Shown: piece by piece, positions 52,104 through 64,000 of the stretch
Numbering within the stretch: the first letter of the stretch is position 1
Layout: each line of letters begins with the position of its first letter
Assembly (NCBI GenBank): GCA_043228905.1
Contig: JBHGNT010000001.1
Coordinates: forward strand, 14,694,001-14,758,000
DNA length: 64,000 bases
Source: Azolla caroliniana
Lineage: Eukaryota; Plantae; Polypodiophyta
Direction of reading: 5' to 3'
Translations under genes and position numbers: made by a program
Notes under the pieces: model-generated
What the model saw: only the letters and a program-made list of their open reading frames with translations
Told to the model about the DNA's origin: nothing
Databases searched by the model: none

Positions 52104-53279
52104 GATCGTCATCGGCTTCCATCCTATTTTGATATTGGAGATTGAGTATGGCTATTACGACGGCACATAAAGACTTCTCGACCATCTGCGAAATTTTGAT
52201 TATCAAAGGTTAGGCCATTTCCATATTAACGGAAAAATTAATGATGTCACTTTTCTCCTTGATCTACCTCCACAATTACGATACATCCAGTATTTTATAG
52301 TTCTCTCCTAAAACCATGTCAGGAAAGCTCTATTCCTAATCATATTACACCACCTCCACCCCCGATCGAACTTGAAAATGAACCAGAGTACGAAGTTGCT
52401 ACATCCTCGATTCCAAGATAGTTCGCAGCAGGCTCTATTATTTGGTAGATTGGCTAGGATATAGCCCAAGAGATCGTACTTGGTAACCACTGGAGAATGT
52501 GGCCAATGCCCAAGCTCTTCTTGAGGATTTCCATCAACAATATCCAAACAAACCAGGTCCTCGACCAAAGACGACTCATAACACTTGTCGTTTAAAGGGG
52601 GGGATAGTGTCATGATATGGCCCCAAAAAGAAATGAACCTGTGACCTTATGTTATTAGAATACCACTAGAATAACAATTGTAATACAAAAAATATTATTT
52701 TCATTTGTTATTTCATTATATAAAATTATGTGTATTCTAGATTTACTCTGGAACATTCTAGAAACTTCAGGAATACTCCTGATCATAGTATGAACCATAC
52801 ATACCATATGTGCATTCACATTCGTGAATGTTTCAGTCATTCACGTAAGAAAAAAGCTATTTATACATTCAATAAATACCATACTTTTGGATTAACTATT
52901 TATTATGAGGTAAAAAAGCTAAAAATCGATAAAAACAAAAAAAAAACATGAAACACAAGAATGTTTGAATAACATTCACATTCGTTTTCCAACGTAGGAA
53001 AATGAATGTTATGCTAGACGAACACGAATTTTCTATGCTCCAGATCATACTATAAATAGAGGCATATGGCATTATTCTAAACCAATTCGGTTCAACACTA
53101 GTCATTAAGCCTCTTAGATATCTTTGTACTCTTTCCATATAATATACTCTCGGTTATCATACTTCTCTCTTCCACACTCTATCTATTTGACCTCCAAAGA
53201 CGATAATATAATCTATCTATCTATCTCGTGATTCTCACATAGTCTCTCTCCCTTTTCATTGCATCTCGTACTAATTTTG

Positions 53280-53282
<3 letters not shown>
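52104..53282 (+). mobile_element. Tcn1-like 3' end (integrase C-terminus, chromodomain, PPT, 3' LTR); probably the continuation of element C
   Basis: [21 protein letters not shown]; PPT AAGGGGGGGATAG; LTR starts TGTCATG at 52608. Confidence 0.8.
52784..53037. mobile_element. Putative hAT-type MITE inside the LTR
   Basis: CATAG...CTATG ends, flanking 8-mers CTCCTGAT/CTCCAGAT, and internal ATTCAC/GTGAAT motifs. Confidence 0.5.
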
Positions 53283-53322
<40 letters not shown>

Positions 53323-53329
53323 CGTAATT

Positions 53330-53526
53330 AGCTTACCCTAGTGGTAAGTTGTTAACACTACAAGCACTATGTCTTGGGTTCGACACCCAAATTTCTTACT
53401 TCTTTCTATTATATACTTCATATATATCTCTTAATTCACTAGATGCCACTATGGAATGTAAGGGTTGAACCCATGACCACCTGGTCTCCATTGGGAAACC
53501 TTACCAATTGAGCTACATCCATCTAG

Positions 53527-53532
<6 letters not shown>
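53330..53532. other. Two convergent tRNA-like (SINE-head-like) modules between (CT)n tracts
   Basis: Plus strand: CTAGTGGTAAG...GGGTTCGACACC. Minus strand: GGATGTAGCTCAATTGGTAAG...GGGTTCAACCCTTACATTCC (53453-53520). Confidence 0.55.
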
Positions 53533-53569
<37 letters not shown>

Positions 53570-53572
<3 letters not shown>

Positions 53573-56500
53573 GATGACTCGGATATCACACTTCTTGTTG
53601 AAACATGGGAGCATGATACACAAAGGATTCAAGGTTTAGGAAACTATAATGTACACTCTTTGATATGGAAGAAAATTCCAAGACAAAGAAGAGGAAAAGG
53701 AGGGGTGGCATGTTTGATTAAGAAGGAAATAGAGAAATATGTGTCAATCATAAAAAATGATGAACATAAATGATACATATGGCTCAAAATAGAAACACCT
53801 AATGATTTGCCCACTTTTGTAGTTGGATGTTACATTCCTCATCAAGATTCTAACTTTTATGCTTGTTTGGATAAAGATAAATTGTTTGCCGATCTAGAAG
53901 ATGATATTGCTTATTTCAAATCCAAAGGGGAAGTTATTGTATTTGGTGACATGAATGCTCGTACAAGAAGTTTCCAACTTTATTCACAAGAATCTTTCAT
54001 GCTACATATCTCAAGGATGCAACAAGATATGCAAATGTATAGCCACTCTTCTAGTGATGAAAAAGATCTGGACCAATTTGGGAAGTTACTCCTACAAATG
54101 TGCAATAGTACCGGATTGCTTATTGCAAATGGTATTTACTTATGGCCCAACACTAATGGTTTTACATGTAGAAAACACAACGGAAATAGTGTGATTGACT
54201 ATGTGCTACTTTCCAAAGGTATTTTGGATCGTATACATAAATTCTCACTTGGTGAATGGACACCGGAATCTGATCATAGGCCTTTATGTATTGATCTCAA
54301 ATGTATGCATAGGTTTGATTGTGAGAAGGCTATTGAAGATAATAAACAACCGCACTTGAGCATGAACCTTAAGTGAGGACCCATTTATTCCAAGATGGTT
54401 GAGGATATGTTACAAATGACAAAGATACAACATGGTGCCACACTACAATGCAAATGGGAAGCTTTCAAGAAAGTCATTCTCTCTTGTACAAACAAATGTT
54501 TTTTGACCAACCACACATCTTGGAAATGCACCAAGAAACTTAGGAAAAAATGGTTTGATAAAGAATGTCGTGAAGCTCGAAAGTGCCCTATGGTTTTGGA
54601 TGTAGTTACGGATAAAGAGAATTACCAAAAGCATTTGCATGAGTATAAAAGGTTTATTCATAGAAAGAGAAGAATATGGGAAGTTACTAAACAATTTATC
54701 CAAATGCAAGAGAAAGCATATGCAGGTGCTAAATTTTGGGAAAATCTAAAGGGGAAATGTGTTGAGAATTATGGTGACTTAACTCTTCATGACTTGTCGT
54801 TGCATTGTAAGAATTTATATGAGTTATCTCTTTCCGGAAAATTGTTGTGTTATGGTTCTCTTTCACATATGCCTCTCTTCTTTACAATTGAAGATATATG
54901 CATAAGACTTAAGAAATTGGCCTCTCGAAAGGCAAACAATCTTCAATGTATAAAGGCGGAAATGCTCAAATGGATGGGAAAGGAAGCACATGTATGGATA
55001 AGCGATATGTTTAATGATGCATTGCAACATGGTATGTTGTACGATTGGACTACAAATTGGATCAAACCTTTGCATTAAGGTGGAGATGTAAATAATGTAA
55101 ACAACTATCGAACCATCATGGTTGGCTCATTAATGGCAAAACTGTTTGGATGTATAATGGAACGAAAGATAAGTGTATGGGCTAAAAAAAATGGTAAGAG
55201 ATCTTATGGACAAACTGGCTTTCGAGAACACCATAACACCATTGATCACCTTATCACCCTTCGAGTATTAATGGAGGAAAGTCGCCTTAGAGGTAAAGGT
55301 TTATATTGTTGCTTTGTAGACTTCAAGAAAGCTTTCGATATGGTGCCTCGTAGGCATCCTTGGAGGTGAATGGAAGAACTTGCGGTGCCAAGTGAATATA
55401 TGCTTCCAATTTCCCGAATTTATGCGAAGGTTATATGTTGTCTGCGCATGAGAGATAAACATTCAGATTTTTTTCAAAAGCACTACGGGTGTTAAGCAAG
55501 GATGTCCACCAACACTATTTGGTTTATGCATTAATGATTTGGAAGAAATGGTTACCAAGTTTGCAAAGGAAGAATGTGTGAAGAAGTTGTCATTGGGAAT
55601 GTTGTGATTATGATTTTGGTATATGCAGATAATGTAGTGCTTTTTGCAAATACTTTAGGAAATGCACAAAAGCTTATGAAGGCATTGGAAATTTTTTGAT
55701 TGCACACTAAATTAAGTGTCAATAGCTCTAAAACAAATATTATGCTTGTGAAGAGCCAAACAAGAGATAAACCATGCATTATATACAACAATGAGCCACT
55801 TGAATGTGTGGAAAGCTTCAAATATCTTGGCCTTGAAATTCCTTCAAATCATAGATGGAATGAATGTGCTACACGCCGCTTAGAGGCGGGTAAGCGAGCA
55901 TACTATACATTTGAGAACACATGCAATCTTGGAGATATTAAGTATTGGGTCCTCAAGAAATATCTTTTCGACACTTTGTTAACACTAGTTCTTCTCTATG
56001 GGGTGGAAGTATGGGCAGTAGCATCCCTAAATCTATGTCGAAAGAGTTTGAAAATGTCCAAAAACATTTTCTTACAAAGTTTCTACAAGCTAATAAACAA
56101 ACGCCCTACACCCTTCTCCTCCTTGAGACGGGATCGCTTCCCATTGAGATCATGGCCATGGAAAGGGTTGTTGAATACATGCTTAAGGTTCAAAAAAGTC
56201 CCTCACATCGACTTCCTAGAATTGCGTGGCAAGCAAGCAAAAAGATCCAAAAGACGCATAAAGACAAAATTTTGTGTTCCGGTTGGATGCAAGATATAGA
56301 AAAATGGTTTGGTAGATGGGATGTGAGACACTTGTTTCATGATGCATCATTAGATTTCTCTGTAAATGAGGCCTTTTTGCAACGCCAATGTATCATGACA
56401 TGGGACAAATGTGGAGGTTCGTGCTTCACACATTATACTACACATGTTGCACCTAGCTACAAAACCATATTCTTTGCGGAACTGGGAAATCGTACACATC

Positions 56501-56920
56501 AATACATGTTAGAGCCCATACCGTTATCTGCCATTCGAACCATTGCTTCCATGCAACTTAGCTCACATGCATTGCGATGTGAAATAGGATGTTGGGGCAC
56601 AAGTGATGAGAGTGGTCAACTATGCACACTTTGCCCTAAACAAGTTCGCGAGTTTGAGTATCACACTTTGATACAATCCTCTGCCTTTGATCATATTCGA
56701 CCATGCTTTCCGCATCTCTTCGACCGAGCCCAATCTTTGCATGAATTCCTCTCACAACCAGAATGTGCACTCTTGATTGCAACATTCATTGGTAAACTTC
56801 TTGAACATCGAGAGTCACTACTCACTTTCACACGTATCACGTGAAATTTAATATTTTTGGTCTCATAGATCATATTTGACCTCCGAAGACGATAATATAA
56901 TCTGTCTATCTATCTATCTC
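53570..56920 (+). mobile_element. RTEX-like LINE, ORF2 (APE endonuclease, RT, C-terminal Cys/His motif), degenerate
   Basis: LVETW, GGVA, GDMNAR, SVIDY, SDHRP (APE); QTGFR, FVDFKKAFD, GVKQG, YADN (RT); LRCEIGCW..LCTLC..EYH. Ends in a (CTAT)n tail. Confidence 0.85.
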
Positions 56921-56934
56921 TAGTACTACTCCTA

Positions 56935-58685
56935 ACAAAAATTATCAAAAGCATTTGCATGAGCATGAAAGGTTTATTCAAAGAAAGAGAAGAATATGGG
57001 AAGTTACTCAACTAATTTCTCCAAACACAAGAAAAAGCACATGCATGTGCTAAATTTTGGGGAAATTTAAAGGGGAAATGTGTTGAGAGTTATGGTGACT
57101 TAACTCTTCTTGACTTTTCTATGCATTGTAAGAAGTTATATGAGCTATCTCTTGCCGAAAAGATTATGTGTTCAGGTTCTCTTTCACATGTGTCTCCCTT
57201 CTTTACAATTGAAGATATATGCATAGGACTTAAGAAATTGACCTCTCAAAAGGCAAGAAATCTTCAATGTATATTGGTTGAAATGCTCAAATGCATGGAT
57301 AAGGGATGTGTTTAATCATGGATTGCAACATGGTATGCCCTATGATTAGACCACAAATTCAATCAAACCTTTACATAAAGATGGAGATACAAATAATGTA
57401 AATAACTATCGAACCATCATGGTTGGCTTACTAATGGCAAAACTATTTGGATGTATAATGTAATCAAAGCAAAGTGCATGGGCTGAAATTTTGGTAAGAG
57501 AGCTTATAGAAAGTTGACTTTTGAAAACACCATAGAACCATCGATTACCTTGTAACCCTTTCAATATTAACGGAGGAATGTCGCTTGAGAGGTAAAGGTT
57601 TATATTTTTGCTTCATTAACTTTAAGAAAGCTTTTGATGTGGTACTTTGTGAGCATTTTTGGAGGAAAATGAAAGAACTTGAGGTGCCAAGTGAATGTAT
57701 GCTTGGAATTTCCTAAATCTATGAGAATGTTATATGTCGTGTGCATGGATGATAGAGTTTCAGATATTTTTCAATAGCATTACTGGTGTTAATGATGCCC
57801 ACTCTCACCAACTTTATTTGGTCTATGCATTGATGAATTGAAAGAGTGGTTGTCAAGGTTGTAACGGAAGACGACATTGAAGAAGTTGCCATTGGAATAG
57901 AGATATTGCACCACTGAGAGTATATAGATACATTACAAAAGTCAAGAATATGCCAAATCATAGATTATCACATCTTGCTTTGAATGTTGGATGTAAACTA
58001 AAAAAAATCACAAGAACAAAATTCTCTCATTTGGTTTTGTAGTTGACATCAGAAAATGTTTCAAAAGATGAGATGTGGAACATCTCTTAGAGCTTTCAAG
58101 TGATGCTACGAAATATATAGTTATGGTTGAAAGATTAGTGGAATTACTACTTAGGAAGAACTGGAAAAATGTTAAAAGCAAAAAAAATAGAATATTGGAT
58201 TCCAAATATCAACTTGAATGTTGGGTTCTATTTATGGCAAGAAAGCCTATTGATCATATTCAACCTGACCTCATTATTAGCTTGAGTATTAACTCTTGTA
58301 GAGCCCTAACACTCCTTCACACTCAATTACACAACCTAGGCATCAAAATCAGCCAAATGTAAAGGCATGTAAGGTATGCAAAGAAGGGCTAGTAGAGGAT
58401 GAGTATAACTTGCTCGTACATGCCCTACAGATAGTGCAATTCGTGAAAGGTGTGAGGGTATATTAAGGGAAGGTTATAACTTGAGAATCATATTAAAGAG
58501 AACACAGAAAATGTTGAGCTAATATGTGTATGCATTATTTACACATCGAGACTTGGTGCTTTGAAGTATGAATATCCCATCTTAGGAAGGAGACACACAT
58601 CAAGAAAACTTTTGTACTTAGGTCTCATGGGTCAATATAGGCCTCTCTATGGATACTAAAAAATATTTATCTATTTACCTATATC
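56935..58685 (+). mobile_element. Second, more decayed 5'-truncated RTEX-like LINE
   Basis: 56938-57900 parallels 54618-55600, followed by a diverged C-terminal part and a TATC-like tail. Confidence 0.75.
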
Positions 58686-59207
58686 GCATAGGTCACTAGC
58701 TATATGATGTTTGTGTACCCAATCCTCATGACACGGAACTGACAAAGTAAACTCTTGTTATGTGTTTAGAGAGTAGGATCACTATTTTGCTTAAAAAATG
58801 TAGGAAATAATTGTTTATTCTATTGTTGCATGCTACCAATAAATAACAAACAATTATGACTAATATGCCCTTGTTCAATGCTCTCCATTGTCCATGACAT
58901 TTTGGCAAATTTGAGTTTCATGCTAGTGAGTTTATATCCTCTTGACCACTTCCTCACTATTAGGAGTTGACACGTTTAATGATGACACTTCCTCAATAAG
59001 TTACATATGACAAATTAAAAGTGTGAACTTCTAAAGAATAATTATGAAAGATTGAATGTGAGTATGACGATGTGTTGCAAGAAGCAATCTGAATATCCTT
59101 CCATTGAAAAAAAAATTACATTCTATGAGCACATTTAAAATGTGATAATTCCTTTTTAAATTGTAACTTATAAGTGAGACACACTTGAGAAGGTTGTTCC
59201 TTATCTG

Positions 59208-62010
59208 TCATTGAAGTAGAATAATACATACCACCCATAATAATTGTCTTAGAGATAGCCATTTGAAATATTTTATGGAGTTTCCATTATTGCAAATGGT
59301 GGGTGCAAATCCAATCCTTGAATTCTCAATATCATATTCAACAATAAAGTCTTGTTGTTGGAAGTTTCCAATGAAGTTTCTATTACCAGAAGCAACACTT
59401 CCTGCACTGTTGAATGCCATGCAATAGTAATTATATGTGCTATCAGTTGCCCCAAGGCGTAAAACATGATCATTAGTCAATTGAAGGTTAACAGAACCAT
59501 CAAAGTGGAGGGTTACATTTGGTGGAGTCGGAGCTTGTCGTTGTTGAAGTGGAACTTGGTAACAAAGTAAATCACTATTTTCAATAATTACTTGGGTTAA
59601 TTCTATGTTCATGGCACTTTGAAAAGCCTTATAAACTACTGAATAAGCTTCATCAACAAAAGAGGTTAATGTAGTCCCCGAATCTATGATAGTGCCACCA
59701 TCACCTGAAGCTGTCATTTCGAATGCCGCTCTAGGGATGTCCAAGAGTTTCCCATTAATGCTAACACCTGTTAGATTGATGTAATAGAATTGTGATGTGA
59801 AGATAGAATTGTCATTTTGTAACATTGGTGTATATTGAAGAGCAATGCCAGATGTAGGGCGTTTGCCAAGAGTAAGACTACCAGAAACTTGTGAGTTATG
59901 AACGCGGTTAGGAAGGCAATGGGAAAATACTGAAATGTTGAGTTGTGTGATGATTGAGAATTCACCTCGATCGAGACCCAAGAGACCAGATGCATTGAGC
60001 TCTGCTTCCACACCAGTATTGATGATCCCACAACCAAATATGACATTTGTTTTACTATACGAGGATGCTTTCGTCGTGAGCATTGTCAATGTCTCTTTAG
60101 ACAAGTATCCAGTGCTATTGCTATGATCGCCGTAGGTCACTGCATACCAACATATAGAATCCCTACATTCTGTTCCCACACTATCATTTAAAGGGCATGG
60201 GTCCTCATTTGAGCATGTTATATTTGTATATGTCGATGATTTTATGGGGTTGAACACTGGATAGCCTGATGCCTGCCCATTCATTTTACGAGGTCAATAA
60301 TTACTCTAAGAAAGGTTTCATAATAAAAATTATATAAAATTATCCATATCAATATTTTCATATTGTACTTCCAAAACATTTGAACAAAATATATTGTGTA
60401 GTACTAGGAAGAAAAACACAAGGAACACTAGTTACTTTCTTAAATTTGGGGATGCCTCCAAAATCAAGATATTGCTTATTAAAGCAGCATGTGAAAGTTT
60501 CCACTTTATTGCATCATGCCAAGGACATTACACTCCCCCATAAATTGTTGAATTTATTGGTTTGTGAGATTCATGAGGTTATATCATTGAAATTCAAATT
60601 TCAAATATATATATGTATGTATATATAGAGAGAGAAGGGGGGGGGGGGGGAGACACGAACACATGTAGGCATGTGAAGTCTAATGGTAAAGTGTGTCTTA
60701 TGGCATTAGGTTTGTGGGTTGAAGTGTTGAGGAATTCGTGTTACATTCATTATAAAAACTATTTACTGAGATCATGCATCCTAGTTGTTTCTTAATTTTA
60801 CTTCGAGATCATGCACATTGAAGTTTTACTCCTAGAAAATAGCAAACAAAATGGCTTTGGAATATTGTAATCATTTGTCATTTGTTTTTCTAAAAAACAA
60901 ACGTGTTAGTTAGGGTTTGGTTTTATTTTTTCAATTCCAACTAGCGAGACTTTTTCCTATGCAACTAACTACGTGTCATGAATCATTTGTTATGTGTGCA
61001 TAGCCTAAGACAAGCGCATTTACAAAGAGTAAAGAGTGGGGAGGAAGCAAAGAAATAAAGCAATTGGATGGACACCTGAGTAGGTTAGGAATGAACGAAA
61101 TATAGAGTGATTAAACTACTCAGGATTGAGCAAAGGAGATGGACGAGCTAGTGGCATTATTCTTTCTTTCATCCCAAGGCTGCACGGGTGAATCAAACCC
61201 ATGAAACATGTGCATGGGTATCTGAATAAGCATGGAGGAGGTGGTTTAGTGTTAAGAGTGCTCCTTACTCTACGAACATGAAAGACATCAAGTTTGGTGG
61301 ATTGCTCTTTGGTCAATGGTGGACCCCTCTAGGAGTTCAAGAGAGTAATATCATATATGCATGTGCTCTAAGAGCAAGTACGTGTGTGTGTGTGTGTGTG
61401 CTATGGTCAAAGAGTTCACATACTTTTCTCGAAAAAGGAGAGGCGTCTAAGAAAGGACCCGAAGATGTTGACGAGAAAGCGAGGGCATTTGGGGAAATAA
61501 GGAAAAGTTAGGGGAGTGGGGGGGTTGGTTGCTTACCTGGACACCGCAGCGGAGGCAGGGTTGGCATTGGAGCCACAGGAGCTGGCTGCCCGTGTCCATG
61601 ATCAGGGCCGCCTCCACACCTGGGCTGCCCATCTCCAGCACCGCGAAGTATTGACCGAACTCCTCCTCCAGCGTTACCACCCGACTCCTCAACGTCGGCG
61701 TCGCCTCCTCCGCCGCAGCCATCCTCCTACGCCGCCCATCCGCGTTCTTCCTGTGCACTACGCGCAGCGAGATCCCACCCTGCTCCTCCTCCTCCTCTAC
61801 CTCCTCCTCTTCCTGCTCCTCCACTGCCTCCCGCCTCCTCTTCACAATCTCGGCTGTTAGCAGCGCCCGCGGCAGCAGCGCCGCCGCCGGGACCTCCGCC
61901 GCAGCCACCAGCACCGATGTCGCATCAAATCCGCCCACCACTATCATCTCCACCAATATGCACACTATCACCGGCGCTGACCTCATTCGCAGGCCTCCCC
62001 CCGCCATCAT
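59208..62010 (-). CDS. A1-family aspartic protease (nepenthesin/CDR1-like), 2 exons: 62010-61537 and 60272-59208, ~512 aa
   Basis: Signal-like N-terminus; MDTGSQLLWLQCQPCLRC; donor CAG|GTAAGC at 61536; phase-0 acceptor CAG|GCA at 60273; FGCG, GLLGL, IIDSGTT, IGNFQQQ..YD. The spliced frame is intact. Confidence 0.92.
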
Positions 62011-64000
62011 TGCCTACCTACCCGATCCTTGATACGTATATAAATGTTGTGTAATTAGCCAGCGGGGTTATATTGTTGTTTTATGTTGTGTAATATCATT
62101 GGCTACCTACCCGATCCTTCATTCGATGATCAAACCTAAGCTAATCAAATCTGGGACATTAATTAGGGATCGCTTAAGTAAGATGTTAAGTAGCCTGACG
62201 AATCCCTAATCATGGGTTAATCTTTATCCTAATCTTCGGCTACTCTATCCTAATTAGATCGATCTCCATTTCTACCAAGAAAAAAGCAAGCAAGAGATCC
62301 AAAGAGGAGGAAGAACATGTCTCTAAAACGGATCAAATAACGCTACCACCAATCCTGGTAGGCAGCAGTCGCCATTTTAGATCGGATATTATACATAATG
62401 AGAAGCAAAAGAAAAACAGAAGAGGGGGAGGAATGGAGGAGGTGTGGATTTGGAACGATCATGCCCCCACGACCCAAGTGAAGGGAAGGGAAGGGAGGCT
62501 ACCGACCCCTGCACGACTCCAAAGTCAACGTCGAATATTGAATAATAATAATACAGTGCTGGTGGTGGGGCAGCTTAATAAGAATTGAATGAAACCTCCT
62601 TCTTCTTCTTCTAAAGATAGATAGATAAATAGATAGATATATGCCCATGATGATGCCATCACCCATCGTGACCATTCAAACTCTCTTTGTTTAATATACA
62701 TATGTACATATAATGTCGTAGGAAGAATGGTGGGAGCTGGGAATTGATCTCTCGACCTATGGGAAGCCCTATAAAGCTTATATTGGCTTAATAAAGTATT
62801 TATCTATTTGTCTCTCTCTCTCTCCCCTAACATAGATTATCCATCCATGCATATCCATGGACTGCACGACTTTTGGTTTTCTTATCTCTCGGCCATGTCA
62901 AGTTTGTTGACACACTCTCTCGGGACCGAGCCTCTAAGTCATTTTCAACCCACCTATGCACAACGCAACGGTAGGCATGATTACCACACGACAACCCATG
63001 ATCAAGTGCTAATTGAATATCATGATTTCCTAGTATCCTAAGGTTTAGATCAAAAGGCACTTTAAATGGCCAACTAGACCTGAAGGCTACTTTCTAGGAA
63101 AGTGTAGAACCCACAACATCCATACTGGTCATCACGGAAATTCATTGTCTTTCGAAGTTATGAAATGGGTCGTTGGTCAACTGTAAGTGCACTATTCAAA
63201 TAAGTGGAACAGCCTACATATACCAAGCCTCTACCATATTAGTACGTAAGATTGCTATTATCATGGATGGTAGCGGATGGTCATTATTTGGTAACACACT
63301 TTGTCTAGCTATGTAGAGTGTGTTTATTACTAAAAACTTATTAGAGGTAGAAGATGTCCGTTTTTGTAGTTGTTTGGATATATATATGTTAGGATTTAGG
63401 CGTCAAGGTGGCCTAGGTTCCAAGTTGGTCATGGCTAAACACAACAACTAGATAACTCATACACTTAAAAATAACTATAGCTTTGTCAATGTGATCACTT
63501 GGTAACAAGTAATTGGTCAGTCACTTAATTAGAGTACAAGGGTTGAGGTAGGCAACATTGATTCTGAGTCACAAAAACACTAAATCAATAATCTTCCCTT
63601 ACTAATAGACTCTTTTGGGGGTATTAAAATCGGATTTATACAAGAGTGAGTGATGGGAGGAGAGGTTGTGTCTTCATCATATGCACCATACATTACATTC
63701 TTTTTAGAAGCTTCCATGGCACTTCATTGAGTTTTCTCCTATCAATGTATTTCATGATACTATTTAAATTGCCAAAATTATCCGTTATACTATTTATACG
63801 ATCCGATTACAAAAGCTTGTTTGATGGGCAACTTCTTTCAATGTTTTTGCCAAATACTACATCTTATTGGGGTGTCCTTGAGAACCACCTCCAAGGGTGC
63901 TACGTGAGAACGTAGAACCGTCTACCTTTTTCTTTCCAAGTTGGGAGACAGTGGGTTTCAACCCTCTCGAGCTACGAATGATTAAGCTAACTACTAAGGA

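Noticed and set aside
53453-53520. Functional tRNA gene
   Set aside because: No convincing anticodon stem-loop; better treated as a tRNA-derived module.
61516-61860. Antisense ORF over the protease exon 1, and the many antisense ORFs over GC-rich TEs
   Set aside because: Shadow frames expected from high GC and coding bias on the other strand.
62120-64000. Short ORFs upstream of the protease
   Set aside because: No recognisable motifs or splice structure; likely promoter/intergenic DNA with short microsatellites.

Overview
Eukaryotic, plant-type DNA. The mix of Tcn1-like chromoviruses, a Phygy/Tat-like gypsy, RTEX-like LINEs and a Penelope-like element suggests a non-seed land plant (inference). 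About 58.7 kb is a deeply nested, mostly decayed transposon pile. It holds three Tcn1-like chromovirus copies, a hAT element (~7.6-23.7 kb), a Met-PBS gypsy interrupted by a complete Copia, and tandem Copia copies whose shared LTR is split by a complete non-chromovirus gypsy that itself carries a solo LTR. The hAT hosts a Penelope-like retroelement with a hammerhead ribozyme and a complete Copia, which in turn hosts a TIR element with 4-bp TSDs and a palindrome array. A MITE and two RTEX-like LINEs follow. The only host gene is a two-exon A1-family (nepenthesin/CDR1-like) aspartic protease on the minus strand (59208-62010). Most notable: (1) two diverged gypsy copies have no polypurine tract; a tRNA-3'-end sequence (an antiparallel second PBS ending in CCA) sits at the plus-strand priming site; (2) all three Tcn1-like LTRs carry an antisense tRNA-like Pol III cassette (A box, B box, T-run); (3) the plant Penelope-like element with a minimal hammerhead; (4) the unclassified TIR element with an array of ~53-bp palindromes. 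All family assignments come from motif recognition by eye; no searches were run.
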